DNA of 62,793 nt, counting the filler, from Atractiella rhizophila (Eukaryota): the NCBI GenBank assembly GCA_021432655.1. It is 3 parts of 3 records of this genome, joined end to end, with 100 filler letters (N's around TTAATTAATTAA, not from the genome) between each part and the next. Parts side by side here need not be neighbours in the genome. Positions count along the whole stretch, not along the records: positions 1 to 29,674 come from MU271718.1; 2 more parts are not named here. One strand, 5' to 3'. The translations under genes and the position numbers were made by a program. The notes beneath the pieces were generated by a model. That model was not told where the DNA came from, did not search any database, and worked only from the letters and a program-made list of their open reading frames with translations. Of the stretch, positions 12,762-25,027 are shown piece by piece (the stretch's first letter is position 1; each line of letters starts with the position of its first letter).

Positions 12762-14078
12762 CTACACCAAGAAACCTGACGAATTAATCGTGTAATCATC
12801 CTGGCATCCAAATCCCATCAATATCCATCAATATCTCCTAAAGGAAGTATAGACGTACCCAAGCTTCCTCAGTGATTGACTTCCATCCCGCAAAGAGGGC
12901 AACCACAGCCGTTGTCTCCAATAAAGTCGCAAGGAAGCTCCCATCCACCTTCGCGCTTGTTCCCGTACAGATCGTATGCGAGAGGGCCCAATAGGCACCC
13001 TGTGACAGTGCAAAGAGGGCGAGGGTGATGATGAGGATGACTGTTCACAAACATGCCATCGCGCATTTAGCTCTCCAACTCAACTCAAGAGAGCAACAAA
13101 ATGGCGCACTGAGAGGTTTCTTCTCTCTTAGAACTTTGACCACTACTCCGGCGGTGACGATGAAGTAGAAAGCCACGCAGACAAGGGGAAAGACTATGAG
13201 CAGGGTGAATAACCATGCGGAGGTCAAATCTTCCGCTGGCTTCGATTGGAAGAAGTTTGTGACAGTGAATCCGACATCGAGGGCAATATATGACGTGCCG
13301 ACGGTGAGAACGACGAGACCTAGGGTGTAAGGGACGATAGAAGAAAGCGTGCCGTCCTCTACGACTTGGAATTGGAGGAAAGCAATCTGCCGCGCGTCCA
13401 TGCGCTATTAATTCCACGGTAGAAAGGGGTGGGTGAGAGGACCGACCCAAGCTAAACTCCAAAAGAAGCCGACGACGAGTCCTTGATGGATTCCTGACAC
13501 CCAAACTAACGCCGTAGAGCCTTGTCGTAAGAAGGCGCCGGTGTCCACGAGCTGGAAGATGCAAGTAAGGGCGTAGATGACGAAGAGGAGGAGGATCTCG
13601 AGTCGTGCTAATCGATGCATTTCACACCATCAGATAAGGAGGAAACAAGTTGAGGATGGGCTACGGACCTACGGCCGCCATTCGACGTCCTGCTAGAACA
13701 GCGAGTCCCAAAGCGACGATTGTCGAGACGGCACAAAGGACGATATTCGCTTTGTCACACCGTCATGTCATTAACCACATCCCGTGGTAAGGACGGAAGC
13801 AAATGCTCACCAACATTCCCATTGCTATTCGGATCACCTCCTGCACTCCCCATTCTTGGGATCGCACATTCTGGCCTAATTCCTACCCCAGCGTCACCCA
13901 CAGCTCTGTCAAAACCAGTTCTGTTCACGGCGGGGTCCGGAAGTGCTAGAATTTGGAAGGCCGGAGCGGCGATGTTATGAGGATGGTTAAGGAGTTGGCG
14001 GTAGAAGAGGTTGCAGATCGGATAAGAAGGAATTTTTCGACAGATGTAGTCGAAGTCTCCATAATCGAACGCTGGCAT
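12762..14078 (-). CDS. CHS7: Chs7-family chitin synthase export chaperone (multi-pass membrane protein)
   Basis: N-terminal FDYGDFDYICRKIPSYPICNLF, RLEILLLFVIY, IHQGLVVGFFWSL, FQVVEDGTLSS and C-terminal WKSITEEAW|DDY; several hydrophobic helices across exons. Confidence 0.85.
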
Positions 14079-15486
14079 GTTGTCTTCCCAAGAATTGGTC
14101 GTTACTGCCGCCGTTCGAGGGGAGAGGGAGGGAAGAGTCAGTCAGTGTTTGCTTCGAGGGGGTTGTTTGGCTGCACGATGGCGCCAAGTCAATTGAGATA
14201 GAAAGGCGCTAAAAAATCGAAGAATGGCCCGCCAGCTGAGCCGGACTCTTTGTAAAAGAGCGTGAATAAAGGAATGTTGGGATTCTACAACTCAAAGTTG
14301 ACAAGCGAAAAAGGGGATGGCTGTTTTGGTCTGAAACGCGCATTCACACAATCCCGTTTCCAATATTACAAGGACCAAGGCAACGTGAATTAAGAGACAC
14401 TCACCTCTTCGTCCCAAGTCGTTACTCTCAGTTACTTCCTTACTGATAACCTCGCACCAGGTAGTCCCTCAGGGAAAGGTGAAGTGGAGAAGTTCGAAGG
14501 TACAGGTAGATGATGCGCAAATACGCTTTCCGCATTGCATCCGTAGGTGACTCATACTAGACTTCCTCCAAACAAGGGCAGACAAGATAAGGTGCTGACG
14601 TATTTTTATTACCACGGCAACAGCAACAACTATTTGTTGAGATTTCTGTTTTGTTGCTCATCATAATACCAATCCTCCTTCGCTCATGCGATTTCTATCT
14701 CTTCCTTCGAATCAATTTCACTCTAAAGGCATTCAGCGGCGTGTTCAAATTCGGGGGTCTCGGCGGTCCAACGGTTTTCAAGTTGCTGTATTCGTTCGTA
14801 ACGCCCGCTGCGAAGAGCTACGAAAGATAGCTTAACGCCTTGAAAGATACCGCTCTTTGTCGCCGAGCAGTTCCTTGTTCTCTGGCGAAAAGTCGCAAGG
14901 TTGCCAGGAACGAGTTCTCCACTCGTTCGTTTGGGCGGTTGGAAGCTTGATTGTCAGTTGGAGCCTAGCATTTTTGTCAGGCTTCTGGGGGGTTGACAAG
15001 ATCGAAGAGTTGCTTCAAACTCAATGCTCGTATTGCCAGTTCATGAGAAAGTCTCACTAGTAGCACTATGACTCCGAAGAACAAGAAGTTGGTGGGACGC
15101 AATTCAACTCCAAGTTCCACCTTGAATGCATTGACAAAGTGCTAGAGCACTGTCTTCGGTGCTAGAATTTTCTCCTGCCACTGATTGGATCTCGGCAAGG
15201 AAGTAACTTGATTTGATCAAGGAAGTTAGAGACCGTTAGGCGACGTTAAAGACGCTGGATCTATTCCTTCAAGCCAGAAAAATCATGAAGGTACCAACGA
15301 GCACAATCGATCGATCTGTGCAATTTTTGATCTCAGAATCGTTGAGCCGTTCCTGTCGAGAAGGCATCAGTTGCTCAGCACTTCTAGTCATCGAAAGTAG
15401 GCAGTAGCCTGAAATTGTACGAAAGTTTGAGTCTGCTAACCCAGTTCGCTCCCAACGAAATCCAAAACTTAGTCTGTCAGCTAAGT

Positions 15487-15496
15487 CTATAAAAGG
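15487..15496 (+). promoter_or_regulatory. TATA box upstream of the secreted-protein gene
   Basis: TATAAAAG ~125 bp upstream of the ATG at 15614, followed by a CT-rich leader. Confidence 0.55.
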
Positions 15497-15613
15497 GTAT
15501 CTGGGAGGAGGGAGAGAGCAAGAGTCCACTTCCTCTGTTCTCTATTCCAAAAGATCTCTCACTCCTTTGAGACTTCACTCATTTTTCACACTCACATTCT
15601 CTTATTTGACAAA

Positions 15614-16627
15614 ATGGTCGCTCTCCGTTTCCTCTCTCTCGCTTTCGTCGGCATCGCTTCTGGTTCGTCCATTTCTCCCCTCCACTTTGATGGACATATT
15701 ATTAACATGTCGGTTTCTTCAGTGAGCGCCATCTTCGAGCCTCTCGCACCAGTGGATCCCCAGGTTCCCTCCGTCTCCGTCAACACGCCTTCAATCCACC
15801 GCTCCTTCGATGCTGGTGTGCTCGCTCGTCGTGCTGCCCGCATGGGGCCGAATGCATTCTACACGAGCTCATACAACAAGGAGCTCTCCTCCTACGCTAA
15901 TGGATTGAGAGACATCCAAACTCGGGCTGACGCCATTTACAACTCTGTCAAGTCCCACGCGGCGAAGCATGGGAGGCAGGTGCCCGTCCATGCTGATGTT
16001 AATGCTAAGGTCGTTGTGCACGTCAACGAGCTCCTGAAGCAGCTTGAGCTTTTGTTGAAGAAAGCCTTGAAGGAGGTCAAGCAGTGAGTTTTCCGTCTTT
16101 CATCTCCCACGCATCTATTGAGGATGAAACGGAATAGTATCCCTAACTGCCCTCATCCCTCTAACCAGCCTGGTAACCCACCTAGCGTCCCTGGATGCGG
16201 AGGTGCGTTCTGCCCTTTCTGTTCTCTCCTTTTGGAAAGGGTGCTAACTGAACCTTTACAGGCCAACTCTCAGATATCATTTATATCCACATTGGCATCA
16301 TCGTCGAGATCGAGAAACTCGCTAAAAGTTCGTTATACCACCTGATCTTTGTGTTCGCCGAGTATTGAGGCTATTCTGTCACAGTTTCCGCCGACATTGA
16401 AGTCCTCCTGAAATCCTGCTTGGAGGATCTCGATATTTCGATCGTAGCCTTGATCAACGCTTCCGTTGATCTCCTCCCTGGCCTTGACGGATACACTGAG
16501 CGATAGTTCGTCCTTGTTTCATATTGGTCGTGCTTGTACTGATGGCATTGTTTCTAGCACTGATGGTTTCAGCCAAAAGCTGAGAAACATCGGTCTGATT
16601 GAGACTGTCAAGCGTCTTGGCCACTAA
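15614..16627 (+). CDS. Small secreted protein (signal peptide, amphipathic helical C-terminus; loosely SC15-like)
   Basis: MVALRFLSLAFVGIAS|VSA signal peptide, several GT-AG introns, hydrophobic-periodic C-terminal half (IEVLLKSCLEDLDISIVALINASVDLLPG), stop ...RLGH* at 16625-16627. Confidence 0.7.
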
Positions 16628-17075
16628 ATGCTTTCCTTATACTCTGAATTTCGGGCTTCTTGCTGTTTTCTTTCCACGTATCGTCGTTGAGGATTTTACC
16701 ACTTCTAATTCTACTTGCGTATGCTTGTTACGCGATTGATATCAGTGTTTTCGGAATCGTTACCTTCTCTCGCATTCCATCCTTCCTGCCGTTTAATCCC
16801 GCCGTCGCAGACAAAAAAACTCGTTGGATTTGATTTGTCGTCACCTACTTACCTCGTCCTTGTCTTGGTTAGACACATCGTTGCATCATTAAAATCGAAA
16901 TCTACTTCCACCCTTAGATCTTGTGGTTTTGTGCGAGACCTGCGTCAAGCACGTGAATCATTTTGTGGTAACAAAGGACGCGTCGCGACGCAAGAGACAA
17001 AACACAAAGGACAAGGGGCATATAAGCAGTCACAGTCACCAACTAGACAATCTTCCCCTTTGCATTACAACCAGA

Positions 17076-18870
17076 ATGTCGACGCTTTTCACGCTAGCTC
17101 CCTTACCATCTGATGCAGCAGACGACCCATCTTACGGGCTGCCATCAGCGTCTGCCACATCCTTTTATTCCGCACATTCCAGGGTCTTTGAACCTTCTGA
17201 GTCTGCAGGAACAAGGGTGACAGTAAAGGAGGAAGAGGAGGATGTGGACTTTGGTACGTAGTCTTTCTCATTCCTAAAATTGATATGACGTTCCTGGTGA
17301 AGGGAGGACTACGAGGACACCGTCTCCTGCAGATTCCGTCGATTCAGCTCTAACGGCCGTCGATGGATATGGTGAACTCCCTTCCATCTTCTTTGGCCCA
17401 AACTCACTTTGTGCAATCGCATGCGGCTCCAGGCGGACAAGTGTATCGGCCGCGTTCGACACTGGCATCTTCCCAAACGAGCACCAGCAGAGAGAGCGAG
17501 AGAGAGTCGTATGACCGTGCCTTCTCCAAACTCATGCAGCGCATCGACATGTACATCATGAGTGCGTTCTTCTTCCCCAACTTCAGAGGCGCTAGATCAC
17601 AGAGAGACCTTAGATCTGCGAGACAGGCCTGATTCATATGTCTTTCAAAAGGATATGGAGCGTCTTGTGGAGCAGGCGAAGAAGTGTTGTTTCGCATTCG
17701 AAACGATGGCGGTGAACATTAACTACCTCGTATCTCGTGCGCTTGTCCCTTTCCCATCATGGTTGAGAGCAATTCTGATTAAGAACCACTGATGCAGAGG
17801 GGAAGCATGATATCGCGAATCGTCATCTGCTGACGTTGAAGGCTCATGTGTCGAAAGGGAAGGAAGGAAAGGCATGGACAAATCTTCGTCGACACGGAGA
17901 GGGAGGTTCAGTTGTAAAGTCTGGAAAGCAGAAGGCGATAGAACCTGATGCCTTCATTTACAAATATCAGCTGCCGCTTATTCTGAAGGAGAGGAAGGAA
18001 CAAGGGAACCTCTGGTTCTATGTCCAGTCCGTCATCCCCATTCCTTGCATCCTCCACGCCGCTGTTGACCGCAGTAAAGGGGAAAGGAGCTTGTGGCCGG
18101 CACAAGACAGTATGAACTCTTGCTCTGGTACACCTTGGAAGAAGATGGTCTGGGAGGTCTATTGGGGGAACCTCAACAAGTTCAACTTCCAGAGGAGGGT
18201 ATGTTCGACTTCAAGTTCATGTGAGTCAAACAATTCGCTCTTCTACTACGATCAGATCTGACTTTTCAGATAAGAACTGGACGCATGTACCTTGACGCGG
18301 AGGAATCATCACCACCACAATGGAGGCATAATCCTGACCAGAACTTCTCCAATTTTGGACTGCAAGACAGGATCAGGATACGAGTCTACCTCTCTCATCT
18401 GCGTCAACTACATCCTGACCTCCCCGCTGATCGTGTGAGTTGGGGGAGCTCTATCCCACTCTGGGACATTCAAAACTTTCAAGTCTTGTAGTCTTCCCAA
18501 TCCATCACTTGTACTCCTCACTGACAAATCGTCTAGACCCGCACATTCTCTTCGTGAAAGCACAGCAGTTCGTTTACACGAATACTCCCCCTCCACCGAG
18601 GTCAGCATCCAAGCCTATCCGAACACTATCGACAAGAAATTCCCGAGGGAGTGCAGCACAGTGGATCCAGGCATCGATTTTGGATGGAACGACTTGCCGG
18701 AGGAGTACGATGTAAACGAAGACGCGTTGCAGTTCACGGCTCGAGGGCAGATAGCGTTTCAAGAGCGGCAGGCGAGGCTGAAGAAAGCTTCTCAGGCTGC
18801 AAATTCGAGGAGGATGGAGGAGAGTTCGTGGCGGAAACTGGGACCCGGAGGTAGCATGGAACTTCGGTAG
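17076..18870 (+). CDS. Hypothetical multi-exon protein
   Basis: ATG 17076 (MSTLFTLAP...), a chain of + strand ORFs with gtacgt/gtgcgt/gtatgt donors, ending at 18870; no recognised domain. Confidence 0.6.
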
Positions 18871-19075
18871 CATTAGTTCTTGTTCGTTCGCTTTCAATTT
18901 GTGCATATGTACAGTACGACAGGATCTGATGACAGCTGTTTGATACCCTGTGATACCTCTTCATGAACTTTTTCAGTCCTCCCGCACTTCCTATCATTCA
19001 TCAATTGACATCAACTGGTTCATTGCGTTGAGAGTGTTGTAGCATCTGTATCTTGAGTGAAGAGGAAAATCGGAA

Positions 19076-19719
19076 ATGTCCACAAAAAAAGAAGAAAGAC
19101 GAGCTAATACCCACCAAGCTCGACTCACCATTCATCACCTCCTTCTACACGGAAAAGCAGCTATCCGAAAAGGTCAAGTCGCGGGCACGCACTCTCTGCG
19201 CAGAACAGATGCAACGTCTGTCCTCTGTCCCTCCTCCTTCCTCAATTCTCGCTCTCACAACGTCCTGATTCAATATTAACCGCCATTCTGACGTTTGTTT
19301 GCGGTGTGGGACAGGTTTTGTGGAATGCACGAAGGAGAACAACTTCACGGCTCCCTTCCGCCCCAGCTGCAGGGCAGCCCTAAAAGAGGCGAACGAATGT
19401 CTTAGGCGGTAGTGCGTCCCCCTAATCCATCCGAGCCTCAAGCTCACAATGCAACGCTTGATCTCTCCAACCCAACATGTGGTGGAGGAGCGCTCGAGCT
19501 CTACCTCTGACTCCCGTGCGGACAGGCGACTGATGAGTTGTTGGGGACAGTAATACGCCAGAGGAGGTGGACAAGCTCCGTCTTGAGTTTTCACACTCTC
19601 TCTCCCGAAAGGGGAGCGATGTATCGGAAAGTTCAAGTTCAGCTGTTCCTGGTTCATCGACATCGACATCGACATCGACGACAACGCCCATGGGGAGTGG
19701 GAATGAACGAATAGTGTAA
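19076..19719 (+). CDS. CMC1: Twin CX9C mitochondrial intermembrane-space protein, Cmc1-like (apparent +1 frameshift in an A7 run near the start)
   Basis: Spliced reading ...RARTLCAEQMQR|FVECTKENNFTAPFRPSCRAALKEANECLRRY|NTPEEVDKLRLEF...; two C-x9-C motifs; introns ~19216-19313 and ~19412-19550. Confidence 0.75.
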
Positions 19720-19813
19720 TGCAATCTAACTCATCCTAGTACAGTATCCCAATAATAAAAATACACCACCTCCCATCCTCATCTATCCATGAATTATTCC
19801 ACTGTAGGCATTA

Positions 19814-21250
19814 CTATAAACCTTCCTCCTTCCCCGTCCTCGTCTTCGACAGGTCATTCAAATTCTTCTCCACCGCCGCCCTCAACCTCCCCTCCAAGCC
19901 TGCCCTGACGAGTTCTCCCGCCTTGAACGAGCTCCTGACGAGCGGTCCGGAGGCGACGTAGAGGAATCCCATCTCCCTCGCCTTCTCCGCATACTTCTCA
20001 AACACCTCCGGGGCGACGTAGGAATCGACCTTCATGTGTCGCTTTGTCGGTCGCATGTATTGGCCTAAAGTCACTACGTCTACGCCTACGCTTCGAAGGT
20101 CTGAGAAAGCCGAGGGTTAGAGTTAGCCTTGAAAGGTTACGCGAAAGAGAGACGGGGACGGACCACGAAGGGTTTGTATGACCTCTTCTTCCTCCTCTCC
20201 AAGACCAAGCATGATCGAGCTCTTCGTAAGCACTCTTCCTCCCGTAGTCTCCTTCGCCAACTCCAGCGTCCTCAACGACTGTCTATACCCCGCCCTCCGG
20301 TCTCTAACATCCGGAGTAAGTCTCTCCACCGTCTCAACATTATGTGCAAAAACCGATAAACCCGCATTCGCTACCAAACTGACCAGTTCCCTGTTCGCGA
20401 GGAAATCCGGTGTGAGCGCTTCGAGGAGGATGTGTGGAGCGCGAGTCTTCGTCTCCCGAATCGTGCTCGCAAAGTGGGCGGCGCCATAGTCCGGAAGGTC
20501 GTCCCGGTCGACGGAGGTCATTACGATGTACCCCACCCCCCAACGCGAGATGGCAGTCGCGACGTTTGATGGTTCGTTTGGATCGAGCGGTGCTGGTGTA
20601 CGTGAGGTGGAGACGGAACAGAAGCGGCAGGCGCGGGTGCATTCTGAGCCCATGAGCTGGTGGAGTTATTGATTGGTACATCAGAGACGAATGTAAGGGA
20701 GAAGGAGGAGAGAGAAAGACAAACCATGATGGTGGCGGTTGCCTCTCCTTTACTCCCACTCCAACACTGTCCGATGTTGGGACACCGCGCCTCCTCACAC
20801 ACCGTATTTAGACCCAATCCTCTGAGGTCTCGTTTGATGGAATTGTACGACTCCGACACTGGGATTTTCGTCCGCAAGTAATCAGGCAGCCTCATGCTAT
20901 TCCCACACACACCAACGCATTCAGAGTTTTCTTCTTCCCAATCAAAAGCCATAAAGCTATAAAAATGCCACAACGAAGGCAAGACCCAGGAAAAGGTACA
21001 AGTAAAGAAGTAAAGAGACGCACGCAGTGACGTTCCCCATCCGCACCCTCCCACTGACAAACTCATCAAACCCCGGTCCCTGGTCCAAGCGTTCCTTGAA
21101 GGAAGACATCCTACTTGAAGAGTTGGTGTTGGATGGTGCATCTGGTGGAAGGGGAGTGGAGGAGGAAGCGATGGAGGCGGAAGAGGTGGCAACTCCTCGT
21201 GCGAGGTTGAGCAGAGGCAGGGTGCGCTTGGCAGTCGTCGAGAGGGACAT
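19814..21250 (-). CDS. LIP5: Lipoyl synthase, mitochondrial (radical SAM)
   Basis: [17 protein letters not shown] (auxiliary cluster), [10 protein letters not shown] (CxxxCxxC), [39 protein letters not shown]; mitochondrial presequence from ATG 21250. Confidence 0.97.
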
Positions 21251-21445
21251 CCTGATCAAACCACAGCTCCTGCTTGGATTGGTTTTTGAGCGAATCGAGA
21301 GTGGGTTGGTTGGTCAGCCTCGCGCTTCCCTGCGCCATCCCGCGCTGAGCTTCCCGTCTAATCCTCAAATGATTCACTTTGCATCGCAGAGTCCAAGCTG
21401 AGGCAGCTTATAAGACAGCTTTGAGGATAGTTAGAGAGGTGCAAG

Positions 21446-24400
21446 ATGACCACTCTTACGTTAGCTCTTAAGGCTGGGGCCATCCTTACAGGGGTGGAAT
21501 CCACACCTCTTCAACCCGGCGCTTCCAACACTGGCAGACAAGGGAAGGGGCAGGGGAAAGACATGCATCCCATCCTTCGCGCGAGGCTGGACGCCGTTTC
21601 CAACCTACAAATAGATAACATCCCGCCTTTCCCAACTCCAGCTCTCGAGGAGGAAGAAGGCCAACTCGAGTCTGTTTACGGCTCAACAGCACTCAAGATC
21701 CTCGTCCTCATCGCCCGTCTCTCCCCTACCACATCTCCCTCAATACAAAAAAGCACATCTGCATCGCCTCCCACGTTTGGAATCCGCGATGTAAATGTCC
21801 TCCGCCTCCTTACTGGTATCGTCGTCCGCTGGGGATTGAAGGGAGAGGAGGAGTTGGAGGAGTTGATGGCATGCGTCTTCGATTGGGAGAGGAAGAAGGC
21901 TACCGAAGTCGGGGAGTGGGTTTTGAGGGAACACTTATCTGCACTAGTCATTCTAATGGTCAAGTACTCCGAACAGGCAACAGAAAGCTCTGAAGAGTGG
22001 AAGAGACGTCTCGATACGTTAAATTCGTCGTACGTGACCGTTTCTCTTTCTTTTTGATTTCTTTCACTAGAAAGTTGAGATTGATAAAAAGGGAAACAGA
22101 CTGCCCATACGCTCCCTCCTCCCTTCGCTCCTCACAGCCCTCCACGCTCTTCCCTCCTCACACCTCCTCCGCGCACACCTCCGTACCCTCCTCCTCCGTC
22201 CACCTTCTCTCCCCTTCCTCTACGTGCTCCTGTCTCCACCTTCCCCATCCTCATCCACAAATTCTAGCGGAGGGGTCGGCTCAGACTCTACGACAGATCC
22301 TAAACTCCTATCTGCTGTATCTAGCCTCCTATTGGAGGTGTTGCCCACGGACCAGTTCTTGGAAAGACACAGAAACATGATGTCTCCGTCTATGACTCCC
22401 GAAGTTGGAAAGACAGTCTCTTTTGTCCTTCACTCCTTCTTCCTTACCTCAGACGGCAAGGAAGAATGGCGTAAGTTTCTGGCGAATGCACGATCCGCAG
22501 CAAGATCTGGAGCGGGAGAGGGTGGTGAGAAGAGTGGAAAGTTTGGCGGGATCGTGTTGGTCGATCTAAAGGGAAAGGGAAAGGAGGAGGGAATTGACAT
22601 TGATCAGCGTACTCTCCAACTACTCGCCCTCGCTTCTACCTATGCTCCGCCCGACTCTGAGGACTTTGTCGACGCTATTCTTTCCCCTTTCCTCCCGCAA
22701 CTCCTCGTCGTCGCTGCAAAAGCTCTCGAATCAGGAGAAGAGGAGGAAGGAGGGGAAGTGGAAATTATGGAGAATGGACAGAAGCGGCGGGGGAGAGGAA
22801 ACCCAGCACTTGATTGTATAAGTGCTTATATAGGGAAGGTAAAGAGGGAGAAAGTGGAAAATAAGTTGGCCGACATCTTATCCTCTCTCCACGATCGCGA
22901 ACACAACCACTCCAGCTTCTCCATCAATGACAAAGACGAAGAGGACGACTTAACCCATGTAGAAGGCACAGAAGCCAGCACCCTCCTCTCAGCCCTCAAA
23001 TCCGCCTCCCTCTCCCTCCAAAGCGCCAGCTCCCTCCTCATCCGTTGGCTATCCGAAGCGCGCGTTCTCGAAGGCTCATCCGTTCAACCGCACCATGCAC
23101 AGGGCATGGGGATCGGGGTGTTGTGGCGCGTCTCGCTCGTGCAGGCGGTTTTGGAGGTCTTTGGAACGGAGGTGCTGAGGGAGTTGGGGTTGGAGGACCT
23201 CTTGGGGTTTGTGGGGTGGTGTTTGGATCTGGATGAGGGGTTGGAAGGGGGGATGTTGAGTGGAGAGGAACGCGTAGGGTTGGTCGATGGGGATGAGGTA
23301 GATGAGATGGAGGGGGGGATGACGAAGGTTGCTTTGACAGTATTGAGGGAGGTGATGGATTGTATGTCATCTTCACATCTTACTATGCTATCACTGATCT
23401 CATGTCTCTCTCTCCTAATTTGCTTGTGCTGGTATCGCAATCGGGAAAAGCCACCGAATTCTCCGCGACCTCTTTACCCTTACTGAACGCTTTCCTCCCC
23501 CGCCTTTCCACGCTCAAATCTCCAACACTCCGGCCTCTCGCATCTTCCCTCGTCGCATCCATCAACCTCCAACTCTCCTCCCTTCCATCCACTTCCACCT
23601 CCGCTCCTCACCCGCTCACAAAGCCATATACCGACGCACTCGCGCTCCTCAAACATCCCGACCTGCCCATAAGAGCTATGGGCCTCTCTTCCCTCCGCCA
23701 CCTTGTCCGCACCAGCACTTCCTCATCCTTACCCTCATCCTCATCCTCCATGCCTTCCATGCCGGAAGAAATGTTTGAGAGCATATTGGACGTCTTCATG
23801 CTCAATATCCAGGACGAAGACTCTTTCATCTACCTAGCGGGAGTGGATGGACTCGCGTTGATGGCGACGGAGATGGGGAGGGAGAGGGGAGAGAAGACGC
23901 TGAGAACTGCGCTGGAGGTTTATGTGGATGGTGGAGGCGAGAGGGAGCTGGATACTAGGTTGAGGGTTGGAGAAGCGCTGGACAGAGTGGTGGCGAGGAT
24001 GGGAGAGGCTGTCGTCGTTCATCGTACGTTTTTGTTCTCTACCTTGCTCTCATTTCTTAAACATTGGAACGGATGACAGTTCACACGTTGTTACCGCCTC
24101 TTCTGGAGACTCTCAAGTCTTCGAAGCAACCGACGACATTACGGATATCTACACTCAACATCCTATCAACACTCATCATTGCACTCCCACCTTCTTCTCT
24201 CTCATCCAACAACCTCTCACACCACCTCCTCTCCACCGCCCTCGACATTCTCGAACTCGAAACCGTCCTCCTCCGTCCCGAAGACCGTCGGAAGAAGACG
24301 ATACTGATCCAGGAAGTTCGTTCCCCTGAATCAGAATTGGAAGAGGATGAGGAAGAGGAAGAGAGAGCGAAGTGGCGGAGAGAAGAAGATACTCCAAACC

Positions 24401-24747
24401 CGATCTCGACGGATTCGAAACACCCAGCACTTCGACGAGCCGCAATCCACTTCGTCGCTCGCCTCTTCGCCTCCTCTTCCAATGCTCTCAACGAACAGAT
24501 CGCGGAGGCGTTGGAGCCGAAGGAGCTATTACCGAAGATTGAGGAATTGAGACTGGGTACGGAGAGGAAGGAGGTGAGGGTAGATGGGAGGGAGGAGATG
24601 GGGGGGATGGAGTGGAGCTTCCCTAGAGAGTTGCTGGAGAGGACGAGGAGGGTGTTGGGGTTCGTGGAAGAGATGGATAGGGATGAGGTCGTGCGAGGCT
24701 TGGCTGGGGAGGTGCAGAGAGAGATTGAGGGACAGCTTGGTTCATGA
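21446..24747 (+). CDS. RTP1: RNA polymerase II assembly/import factor Rtp1 (TANGO6 family), HEAT/ARM-like
   Basis: C-terminal block ALALLKHPDLPIRAMGLSSLRHL...FMLNIQDEDSFIYLAGVDGL...DTRLRVGEAL matches the recalled Rtp1/TANGO6 C1 pattern; several exons. Confidence 0.8.
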
Positions 24748-24916
24748 GATTACTCTTGTTTTGATGATGTTGCACTGATTACTTCCACCTCCATCATGAT
24801 TTGCCAGTGGCTCCTGAGTTTACTGTAAAGGATTGAACTCCATCCGTCTGTACCACGCTCAAGCATGTTGATTTGGATCACTTGATTGGCTGGCGCTGAG
24901 TTTTACCACAGAGATC

Positions 24917-24925
24917 TTATCTGAT
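24917..24925 (-). promoter_or_regulatory. ATCAGATAA iron-responsive GATA-factor (SreA/Urbs1/Cir1-type) site upstream of hapX
   Basis: Plus strand ttatctgat = ATCAGATAA, matching the ATCWGATAA consensus, ~100 bp upstream of the ATG; CCAAT on the minus strand at 24885-24889. Confidence 0.55.
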
Positions 24926-25027
24926 CGGGCGCCAACCCCATCATGTCCGCTCCGATTTTTCCCCTTCCAAAAACACCCAACGACCTCTACAGTTCCTCCC
25001 TCAGCGTGTGTAGAGCAAGACGACGAA

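Noticed and set aside
20129..24778. Many overlapping or antisense ORFs over LIP5 and RTP1, and similarly over other genes and gag-pol
   Set aside because: Shadow frames of real coding sequence with low-complexity composition.
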